DNA of 64,000 nt from Anthoceros angustus (Eukaryota; Plantae; Anthocerotophyta): positions 248,001-312,000 of the forward strand of contig VJWM01000172.1 in NCBI GenBank assembly GCA_010909165.1, given 5' to 3'. The notes below the pieces were generated by a model. The model did no database searches. It saw only the letters and a program-made list of their open reading frames with translations, and had not been told where the DNA came from. Positions 22,638-33,643 of this stretch are shown here, in pieces. How positions within the stretch are numbered: position 1 is the stretch's first letter; each line of letters opens with the position of its first letter. A program made the position numbers and the translations under genes.

Positions 22638-25513
22638 GCCCTTGGGTGGCTTGACTAATTCCCAAGTTGAGTTGCTAACTAGGGAGTTGTACTCGGAATC
22701 TACAGCAGCCTTCCATAAGTCTTTTTCAGGAGATGAGAAAGATTGTTTGAGGGAGAGAGGTTGTGCAGGATCCACTGTTGCCTTGTATAGTGCTTCTGAG
22801 TATAGTGATGAAGGGTGAATAGGATTATCGAAAACAGCTAGATATCCTGAAGGAGGTTCCTTCCATCCTGCGGGTCCAGAGATTGCAAGACGGGTGTAGG
22901 TTCTGGTGCATCTTCCACTGGAGCAGGAACATCAATAGAATCATGGTGCTCCATGTCATTCACTGGAGGGTCATCATGCTCTTCATCAAGAGTGTCAACT
23001 GGCTCCTCGACTTGAATGTTGTCGCCATCTGGTGGTGTTTCATGTGGAATACATGCTAACTCCTCCACCCTCCTGCATAATAGGTTCAACTAAGGGAACA
23101 CGTAAAGCAGGAACTGGAAATTGAGAGATAGAATCAGTACCATCAAATGAGGAGGTGTTTGAGGGCTCTTCAGAAGAGTAGTCCTCCTTGCCGGATGTAT
23201 CGGCTCCCACTGCTAGGGAAAATAGGTGAGACTCATGAAAAGTGACACTCCTGGCGTATATGAGCTTCCTTGTTGTAGGTTCAAATAACTTGTAACCTTT
23301 GATTCCTTCTGTGTAGCCAATAAATGTGTATTTGGCAGCTTTTGGATCTAACTTCTTGCGTTGTACTGTAGGGATAAAGACATATGCAGGAGATCCAAAA
23401 ATTCGAAGGTGATCTATGGAAAGCTTGTTGCCAGTGAATGCTTCATATGGAGTCATACCTTGAACTGATGAGGTCGGCAGTCGATTCATGAGATAGGTTG
23501 CTGTTAGGAGGGCCTCAGCCCAATAAGCTTTGGATAACTTAGCTTGTGTTAACAGGCAACCTGTGATCTCTTGCAGGCGGAGATTCTTATTCTCTGCTAC
23601 GCCATTTTGTTGAGGAGTGTATACTACACTTAGTTGTTGAGCTATGCCTTCAGCTCGACAAAATTCAGCAAATCTATTAGATGTAAACTCGCCACCGTTG
23701 TCGGAATAAGGTCAGTTAAAGTAGGAGCCACACATTCCGTCAATGTAGCCTCCCAACATTCTGCAACACCAACACACACGATGCTCTTGCATTGTAGATT
23801 AGGTCATCCTAATAGTCAGACTTTAATCCAAATGTCTAGAGACAACCTGTATAGAACACCCTATCTCTCCAAGGTTCACAACTTAGATTGGTGCAAAACC
23901 TGTGTCCTCACAAAACGTTACCAAGAACCTTTCAAAAACACATCTCCACACAGGGCCAAGTCACCCTTAGAGATAGTACACACCGACATTTGTGTATCTC
24001 TCTCTACACCCTCTTTCAGTGGTAGTCGATACTTCTTGACCTTCACAGATGACTACTCCCGTTTCTGCCTATCCTACATCCTCACCAACAAGAGTGAAAC
24101 TTCTCAGTTTTTCAAGGATTACATGGCATGGGCAGAAAGGCTTACAGATCACAAACTCAATCCATCTTCTAATATGCCAGTGCAAATATTGTGTGTTCTA
24201 TTTTTGAGGTAGGAAAGGAATAGCTATCGGCATATAAAAGGAGGTGGGAGGGATTTCAAAAGAACAAGGAATACAACAAGTTCGGAGACGGAGGTATTAG
24301 TGGCAGCTTCATATTGAGATCTAGCTTGCTGGAAGTTGTTGATATGGTGTTCGACTGAGTCAGATTCCTTCATCTTCAGATTGAAGAGGTTGCACATCGC
24401 GGTCATCATGCTCATCACATCTCTTGAAGAATATAACTGAGCAAGGTGATCCCACATTTCTTTAGAAGTTTTTGCTTGACTGCATTGTCTTACCATATTT
24501 GTGCTAGTCCACTGATCAGGAGGTCTTGAGCTTTTTCGTCCCTGGCGTCCCAGATTTGCTTCTGCACAGAGCCCCATTGTGGTCTGTGTGTGGACCCACT
24601 TACAACATCCCATAGATCTCAATTATGGAAAAGTGCACGCATTTGCAGGCGCCAGACGTCGTATGCCTGGCCGTTGAATTGGTCCTTCTCCTTGAAATTG
24701 TCACCATAGTTGTGATTCACCACGGAAGGTGGTACTTCATCTTTGGGTGGATCCTTCCTCTCCTCTCTCTCTCTCCTTTTGTCATATTGTTGTTTCTCTT
24801 CTCGTTCGTCCACGTCGGAACCAGCCATTGCAGGTGGTCACTACTGCAGCTTATAGAGCGCAAAAAGTCTTCGCATTTCCTCCTCCTCATGCAGGGCATA
24901 CTCAGCAAGAGGAGTGAAGCAAGATGAACACTTTTTCTCATCGCGACGAGGATGGGGCGAAGGAGGATAAAAAGAAGTTTTGTGATGAAGACTACTCAGC
25001 ATATGTGAATCAATATGCTCACTAAGGCGCTTATTGAGATCATGCACTTCAGTTGCTAACTCCTCTATGCTTGTTCTGCGTATGATGTGTTGCTAGCGTG
25101 GTTCTCTGGCGAGAGTCTCTATCGTATTAAAAACTTTTTTCTTGTGTTCTTGTGAACCTGCATTGGAGATAGAAGGAGTAGGACCTGCACGTAGATTTGG
25201 AATGTGGTCAAGGGCGAGTTCTATTGCTTTCACTTGACTTGAACTAAAGATAGTAAGCAAGTTTTTCTAGCAATTTCTATCTGCCTCCCTTGATCTTCTA
25301 CTTTAATTAGAATAGAGCCAATGAAATTAGCAATAAGTATGGAATCTCCTCTTATCTAGCTAGCATCTACACTGGACTTCCTTTGAGATCTAATCTTTGC
25401 ATTCCTATATTCTATCTCTTGTCTTGCAGCCTTAAACTTCTTCCAATGGCCTTGCTTGCAAGGATTTAAGGAGTCCATCACGCTGGAGCAAGGATGCAAA
25501 TAGAGAGCAGCAT

Positions 25514-25525
25514 GCTTTGATACCA
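25514..25525 (-). promoter_or_regulatory. Primer-binding site (tRNA-iMet type) of copia-2; duplicate at 26709-26720
   Basis: Minus-strand TGGTATCAAAGC directly after the LTR-terminal CA. Confidence 0.85.
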
Positions 25526-25806
25526 TGATGAGAATCATAGCTGCTCTAGGTAGCAAAACATAGCAAGCAGATAGTAGAAAGCTTTGCACGAAAGAGTTGT
25601 ATGCATCGATAATAATACAAAGTACAAAGCCTATTTATAGGCGAGATGGTTAGCGGTTACAACTATAAGTTGTTGTAACTAACCGTATCGCTAAGTAGTT
25701 ATAACTACTATAACTACTAACTACTAACTACCTAATGCCCTAGGTAGATAATAATGTATAAGTTATGGTGCCCTAATGAATAGTGCCCTAACCCTAATGT
25801 ATTTCA
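25526..25806 (-). repeat. 5' LTR of copia-2 (281 bp); duplicate at 26721-27004
   Basis: TGA...TCA termini, minus-strand TATAAATAGG box, short ctaacta repeats, adjacent PBS. Confidence 0.82.
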
Positions 25807-27004
25807 TCAAGACATACGTTGTGGTCAAAAAGCAAAACACTCCATCTGCCCTGACTGTTGGGACCAGGGAGTTTGCTAGTCCACTCTTCCTCCCTACATG
25901 CTTGTCTGCCAAAGCACACTTGAAACCCACATTTGAGTGGTACTTCATCTTTGGGTGGATCCTTCCTCTCCTCTCTCTCTCTCCTTTTGTCATATTGTTG
26001 TTTCTCTTCTCGTTCGTCCACGGAACCGACCATTGCGGTGGTCACTCTGCGACTTATAGAGCGCAAAAGTCTTCGCATTTCCTCCTCCTCATGCAGGGCA
26101 TACTCAGCAAGAGGAGTGAAGCAAGATGAACACTTTTCCTTACTGGCGTATTTGTCAGGATGACGGGCAGAAGGAGGATAAAAAGAAGTTTTGTGATGAA
26201 GACTACTCAGCATATGTGAATCAATATGCTCACTAAGGCGCTTATTGAGATCATGCACTTGCTTAACTCCTCTATGCTTGTTCGTATGATGTGTTCTAGC
26301 GTGGTTCTCTGGCGAGAGTCTCTATCGTATTAAAACTTTTCTTGTGTTCTTGTGAACTGCATTGGAGATAGAAGGAGTAGGACTGCGTAGATTTGGAATG
26401 TGGTCAAGGCGAGTTCTATTGCTTTCACTTGACTTGAACTAAAGATAGTAAGCAAGTTTTTTCTAGCAATTTCTATCTGCCTCCCTTGATCTTCTACTTT
26501 AATTAGAATAGAGCCAATGAAATTAGCACAAGTATGGAATCTCCTCTTATCTAGCTAGCATCTACACCGGACTTCCTTTGAGATCTAATCTTTGCATTCC
26601 TATATTCTATCTCTTGTCTTGCAGCCTTAAACTTCTTCCAATGGCCTTGCTTGCAAGGATTTAAGGAGTCCATCACGCTGGAGCAAGGATGCAAATAGAG
26701 AGCAGCATGCTTTGATACCATGATGAGAATCATAGCTGCTCTAGGTAGCAAAACATAGCAAGCAGATAGTAGAAAGCTTTGCACGAAAGAGTTGTATGCA
26801 TCGATAATAATACAAAGTACAAAGCCTATTTATAGGCGAGATGGTTAGGCGGTTACAACTATAAGTTGTTGTAACCGCCAGGTAACCGCTAAGTAGTTAT
26901 AACTACTATAACTACTAACTACTAACTACCTAATGCCCTAGGTAGATAATAATGTATAAGTTATGGTGCCCTAATGAATAGTGCCCTAACCCTAATGTAT
27001 TTCA

Positions 27005-30000
27005 TCAAGACATACGTTGTGGTCAAAAAGCAAAACACTCCATCTGCCCTGACTGTTGGGACCAGGGAGTTTGCTAGTCCACTCTTCCTCCCTACATGCT
27101 TGTCTGCCAAAGCACACTTGAAACCCACATTTGAGTGGTACTTAGATACAGGAGCAACAGCTCATATCTGCTTCGACAGAAACGCATTCACAACATACAG
27201 GTCAATAGATGATCAGTATGTTTACCTTGGAGATGATAGATCTTTGATATCTCCTGGTCGAGGCACAGTAGACTTGCCAGTTCCCTTTGGAGTTACCCTG
27301 ACACTGCAGGGTGTTTATTACGTGCCTGACATGACCAGAAATCTCATTTCGGTTAGAAGACTAAATGCAGAGAATAATAGCCATATCCTATTTACTAGAA
27401 CAGATTGTCAAGTCATAGATGCATTTGACCACAGAAAGGTACTTGCCTATGGGTCTTCTGACCATGATCTGTTTCGTCTCCATTTGCATAGTGGAGTAGT
27501 AGAGTCTCACCACATGAGCGTGTCATGAGCATACACTGTGAGATAGCAAAATCTAAGTTGTGGCATGCCTTGGTCATCCTCACATGGACAAAACTTGAAG
27601 TTGGTGAGTGACTTTTACAAGATGGACAAATAGGACTTTTGACCGCTATCCCACTTTGTGAAGCTTGTGTGTTTTCAAAAGGCACCAAGCGACCTTTAAG
27701 AATAAGGCCCCTCACCGAGCCAATGATCTCCTAGAACTTGTGCACACTGATATTTGTTGACCCTTGTCACAGGATTCCATCGGTGGTGGCAAGTACTTCC
27801 TAACATTTACAGATGACAAAAGCAGATTTGTCACTTCATACATGCTGAAGAACAAGAGTGAATGTTTATCCTACTTCAAGGAGTACATAAAATTTGTTGA
27901 ACGCTGGACAGGGAAGCAGCTTAAAACTCTTAGGTCAGACAATGGTGGTGAATTTACCTCTTGGCAAATTCCAAGCCTACTGCAAAGACGAAGGAATTGG
28001 TCAACAACTTACAGTTGTCTACACTCCCCAACAGAACAGAGTGGCAGAGCCTCTTAACCTTACACTGTAGGAGATGACTTCCTCCTTGCTTCATGATGCT
28101 CAGTTGCCACTGCCATATTGGGCGGAAGCACTTATGACTTCCACTTATCTCCGTAACAGGTTACCTACTAACGTTGTTGTTGGACAGACCCCCTTCATAC
28201 CTAGAGACAAGCGCAAGAAGCTTGCAGGTAAGGCAAGGAAACTTCTTATGCTTGGTTACACAGAGGGCATCAAAGCATACAAACTGTATGATGTCCCCAC
28301 AAACACAGTAGTTTATGCTCGAAGTGTTACCTTTGATGAGGGACGCACTTGGGCTTCAGTGGGAGCACAGAAGCACCCTACAGCATTTGATGACACTGAG
28401 GACAACATTGTTGTCTCTCATTTTGATCTTTCTGATCATGGCACTTAGGATCCCGTACTTGAGGACACTATCCCTGCAGGTGGGGAACTTGTAGAGGCCG
28501 AGTTAGATGATGAACCTCACGCTATGCAGGCGACCACAAATGCAAGATCCATTTCCTCATCGATGCCGAACTTCATCATCACCTGAGGCGATCATAACGC
28601 GATTGATGCTGTGAAGTTGATACTCTGAAGAACACGAACCCCCCCGGCACCATTGCCGAACCCGATATCCCACTCGTGAAAGGAGACCTGATTATTATAG
28701 TGCCCCTGATTTTCGAGCTTCCTCCGCTCATGTGCACGTTCATGCAGCCACCTCTCTCGACCCCATAGAACCACAGTCCTATGTGGAAGCTTTGAGTAGA
28801 CCTGACCACAAGGAGTGGGAGAAGGCTATACAATCAGAGTATGATTCATTGATAGAAAACGGCACATGGGAGATAGCAAAGTTACCTCCCGGCAGAAAAA
28901 TGGTGTCCTGTAAGTGGGTATTCAAACTAAAAATGAAAGCTGATGGTACCTTTGATAGGTATAAAGCAAGGCTAGTAGCAAGAGGTTTCTCACAAGTCCC
29001 TGGACTTGATTATCTTGAGACCTTCGCTCCAGTAGTGAAGCTAGCCACACTTCGTATCATCCTCGCAATATCAACACATCACAATTATGAATTACAGATG
29101 TATGATGTAAAGATAGCTTTCTTACACGGAAAGCTTGATACAGAAATATACATGCAACAACCTCCAGGATATGAGGTTAAGGGCAAAGAGGACCATGTGT
29201 GCAGGCTAATTAAGTGCCTATATGGTCTCAAGCAATCAGCAATGAAATGGAGCAGATGGATTCTGAACTTCTAGCTTTAGGTTTCATTAAAAGCCTGCGA
29301 CCTTTATATTTACAAGGCGATGTAGTTTGTTACGGCCGTGTCGTTGATGATTTGATCTGTCAAGCAATACGAGCATTTATTACAATGATCAGATAGGCTT
29401 GCAAGGAGATTTAAAATGTCAAGTCTTGGACCTCTACAAAATTTGTCTCGGCATCCTCATACAGGAGGGGCGGGCAGTTATGACATTAACTCAACCAAGG
29501 TATCTGCTGGATAGTGCAGAGCAACTCGGTCTCAAGGACGCGAAGCCATTAGCTATACCCTTGCCTGCAGGACAAAAACTCAGCAAGAGTATGTCACCGT
29601 CTATACAGGAAGAGAAGAACCAAATGGTTGGTATTCCTTACCGGCAAGGGGTTGGCAAGCTCATCTATGCATCCAACACAACGAGGGTGGACATCGCCTT
29701 CACAACTAGTGCATTATCGCAGTTCCTGGAGAACCCAGGTCAAGAGCACTGGACAAGCCTTAAGCGGGCTTTTACATATCTCAAGGGCACGTCTAACTTG
29801 GGCATTCGATACCAGTACCTGAAAGGAAAGCCATTAGACCTTGAAGTCTTCAGTTGCATGGGAAGTCCGTTTACGGCTATGTCATCTCCATTGCAGGAGG
29901 ACCAGTATGTTGGTCGATAAAGCCCAGTTGCCCTATCATCCACGGTCTGAGGAACATGACTCCAAAAGAGATTGTGTGGTGTAATTTGCTGTTTGAGGAT

Positions 30001-31302
30001 CTTGGGATTCCTATTCCTACATGCACGACAAATTATACAGACAATCAAGGCTCCATGGCACTGGCTAAGAATCTAGTTTTCCACTCACGCACCAAGCACG
30101 TGGAGGTGGAATATCACTATATCCGAGGGTTAGTAGCAGCTGAGAAGATAGAGTTACAGTATGTGCCAACACAAGACAATCCTTCAGATATACTTACCAA
30201 GGCTCTAAGTAGAGATGCACTTCAAACACATGAAAAGTCTTGGGCTAGGAGATTCACAGGAATCCCTAGCTACTACTTCAAGTGTTTAACTTTCTCAGGC
30301 TAGTAGCACAACATGCCCCGATAGTGAGAACAACTGGCGAAACCCTCCTCATGATCACCTTGGCGCTTGAGATATATCCTGCCACACGAGAGTCGAGGAT
30401 GTGATGCGATGTCACCGACAATCTTGGTTTCATTGTAATGTCATATGGCGCCGAAACACAAGGGTAATGATGGCTGCGACTGCGTCATCGGTAAGCATAC
30501 TCAACTGTATAGGATACTTTCTCACGATCTTCGTGACTTGGAGTGCTTGTCACGATCCTCCGATGCGAGGTGCCATCCATGTCACGAGAGGCATGCAGAG
30601 GTGGCGGTAGCGCTTGCGCGGCCTCCCTGCTTGCCGAGTCTTTGGTAGTACCCGGGACGTCCTTTCTGCGTGATGGCTCATTGCGGCTTTTGCCACGGAC
30701 TTGGGACTTGGGCGGCTATTCTAGGTGCGAACTCCTTAGCCTGTCAGCTACGCTTGGGAGCAATCTCAAGCAGAAGAAGACATGGCGAGCACAACAATCT
30801 CCCGCTCCATATGCTCAGCAGACAAAGGCTGAGAAAATACATCAGGGTTATAAGCGAGATGTACCTCATCTCAGTGGCTTCACTGGTACAGCATATGGAG
30901 TTCAGAATTGGCAGGAAGATTGAGCGTAAAAGTGTACACAAAAGATCGCAACCGCGTTTGGGTGATGCCGCAGCTCAACAACAGTCTCACGGGTAGCACA
31001 CGAGTGAAGACCGTGATTCAGATAATGTCTAGTCATGACCTACTCAACAAGTGGGAGTATTGATATTATGTTGATATCATGACTATAGGTCTAGGGATAG
31101 TTACGATAAATAATTCTTAGTATGATGTTGAGTTAGGTAGATATCCTTTCGTTAGGGTTACGACTTTTCGTGAATAGACACATCGTTTAGATTAAGTTTA
31201 AGTTGTCTTTTGCTTAAGCACTTTAGACTCTTTTCTTGATTCTCAATCAATATGTAATTACTTAATGTTGTAATTATTCTACATAATCCATAGAAATTGT
31301 CG
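27005..31302 (+). mobile_element. Ty1/copia element 3 (same family as element 1; 5'-truncated; PR-IN-RT-RH, 3' extension, 3' LTR)
   Basis: WYLDTGATAHICFDR, SDNGGEF, KWVFKLK..YKARLVARGFSQVPGLDY, TDNQGSMALAKN..KHVEVEYH; PPT AAGTGGGAG, LTR 31061-31302. Confidence 0.93.
31061..31302 (+). repeat. 3' LTR of copia-3; array copies at 40600-40838, 50911-51151 and 58503-58740
   Basis: PPT then TGATA...; last copy ends TGTCA; homologous to the copia-1 LTR (aagcactt, ttcttgat, gtaattact blocks). Confidence 0.75.
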
Positions 31303-33643
31303 GTTTGTGGGCGCTAGGTTGTAGTTGGGCGCTAGGGCTTGGAAGTTGGAGAGGCCTTGAACTAGGGCGAGATAACCTATCTTTGCGCCGCCAGTGCTTC
31401 CGGTGGTAGGATGCGCCTGCATGCGTTGGGATAGTGTCTCCTCCCACGTAGGAATGAGGTGTCTTTGGCCCACCGGTCTTGGATCTCCTACAACTCTCCT
31501 ACAAGTGGTAGGAGGTAGGCCCTACAATTGTTTGTTGTTGGTTGTAGGTTACGAGGTGGCGATTCGACGGGCCGTGGAGGCACGCGAGAGTTGGTGGTTG
31601 AGGATGTGCCAATTGTGGGAAGGCGATGGAAAAGAATAGTGGAAGATCACGGGTGGTGAAGTCGCGTTGCAATGTAGGGGTCCCTGCATGTGGCTGACCC
31701 TCACCCGTGGAGTGTGGAGCTACGGTCATAGGGTGTCGTTGTAGGTGCAGGCGATGATTGTAATATACATGAGGCGTGGTATTATGCAGGTGAGTTGAGG
31801 TTGCTCCGGTTGTGTGAGGAGCTTGGGGTGTGAAGAGGTGTGTGGTTTGTGCCTTGGATCTTTGGTGACTTGACAAACAAGAGTCTCATGGGACGAAACC
31901 TATTGTATAGCGATTAGGGATAAGTGTGGCCACTAGAGGGTGAATCTCGGAAGCCCGTGGTTTTCCTCCCACACTCCACAAGCCATATTTCTCGCCTAAA
32001 AGCCTCCTTCATGCCGCGACCACGCATTCCATAGTCTATCCAAGTCGCAATGGCAAATGTGCCAAAGTACGTGCTCTAGTCTATCTTACATTACAAGATC
32101 ATCTCCCTTATCTTATAACTATAATTCTGTGATAGTAATATATAATAAACTATTTATTATTTTTATATACATGCATAACTTTATAATAAATAGATAATTA
32201 AATATCATGTAATTATATTTTTATTACCATAAGATATAATTGTAAAATACCGTTTTACTTTATGGTGGTAATTACCACCGTAAAAATAATCTTTGGGTCT
32301 TACCCATAATACTCACAAGCCACTGGCCTTCACGAGTAGACAATGATCATGAGGAGCTTGTCATTCGATTCCCTTATTGTTCAATGAAGAATTATACTTA
32401 AAATATATATTTAAATGTTTTATTTGAGTTTCTTTCCAAAACCGCCTACAACACCTGCGCATCATGTCAAGTTAAATGTTTTGCTAGGAAAAGGCCATGG
32501 GTGGCTAGACATGGTTGATAGGTTTGTCCAATAAAATAGAAGTATTCTATGTATCTACTAAAGATTGGGTTATTACATTCACCTTCCCTCATCTTCCTAA
32601 TTTACATCTTAAAAACATTAAGCATGTGTTCTTTATAATGCTCCTTCAATCATGTGCACCAATGAACCATGCATGCATTTTTATAAGTTGAATAAGCACA
32701 CGTAAATTTGGATTATGCCACTATAACATGTGTGAGTTCATAAGTACGAAATCACTTGACGATGAATGAGCGAATATAAGTAAGCAAAAGTCCATCGGTC
32801 AATTGAAGTACGTACTCGTTAACTTTAAACCGGTTTTCCTCTTGAGTAAAAATATCATAGTCGGTTAGTATTGAACAAGGTAACTCGGACCAAGTACCGC
32901 ATGGGGCTCCATTATACTTTAATCCCAAAGCGAATCTCGTGGAGCCAAATCTATTTTTGTTCCACAATATTTGCGATACTCTGTACTTGTCAAGCGTCTA
33001 TGTAGAAAGGGTTTCTCTTGAAATCCCTATTTGCACAGGACGTGGCGGACCCCTTTTGCACTTGAAAAAATCTACACTATAACCAGCCTTTTTGGTATTT
33101 CTCCGACGGATCACCACCCAACCTTTTGAATAATTGTTTTGATACACGTTATTTGAGATTGTAGATTGCAAGTACGTGGCAAAAACCTAAAGTCCCATTC
33201 TCGTTCGGCTTTTTCTTTCAAACTGGACACAGAATTCGTGCGCAAACTTATGCGCGCACTTACATCTAAACAGTCTCCAACACCTGGCAATCATTGCCAG
33301 GTGTTAGACGTATACAAACGTTTAGAGTTTTTAGGGCTTGCTGTAATTGGTGCGCAAACTTGTTTGCACCAACCTTTCATTCATACCACCAATCCTAAGA
33401 CTATACTCTCGCTTTGGGAATTTTACAGGACTTTGTTTCTTAGACATTGGGACAATAATATCTTCGTTGACATGATGCTCTTGATCCGCGTGCGAGAATG
33501 AGAGTGGCATGGTCTGCACTTGGAGCTGGGCCCACGCCAAATGTCTCAAGATTCAAAAGATGCAAAAGGTTCTCACTACTAGTTCAAAGTTTTAACCACT
33601 AGAAAAAGATGAGGCTAAGTAAAGATAAGAACATATCCACATT

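Larger units (their letters stand above)
22638..25806 (-). mobile_element. Ty1/copia element 2 (5' LTR, PBS, gag, IN, RT start; PR deleted, 447-bp inversion, 3'-truncated)
   Basis: gag FNGQAYDVW/KEMWDHL; IN YTPQQNGVAE, RKKLDPKA..FIGY; RT start WKAAVDSEYNSL..TWELV; LHCRLGHP..VHTDIC segment lies on + at 23714-24160. Confidence 0.92.
24729..27143. repeat. ~1.2-kb tandem duplication (copia-2 gag start, 5' UTR, PBS, LTR and copia-3 linker)
   Basis: GTGGTACTT at 24729, 25937 (junction) and 27135. Confidence 0.92.

Noticed and set aside
25736-25800. CCCTAA-like telomeric words in the copia-2 LTR, and scattered TAGGGTTT
   Set aside because: These are isolated words rather than arrays, consistent with telo-box or LTR motifs.
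31303-32100. P/T/H-rich minus-strand ORFs in each unit
   Set aside because: Frames are inconsistent between units and low in complexity; cannot be supported as a CDS.
32750-33020. GAPCGTWS resembling C5 DNA methyltransferase motif IV
   Set aside because: The frame is broken in all four units, no motif I (FxGxG) or ENV is seen, and the region overlaps the repeated cis motif.
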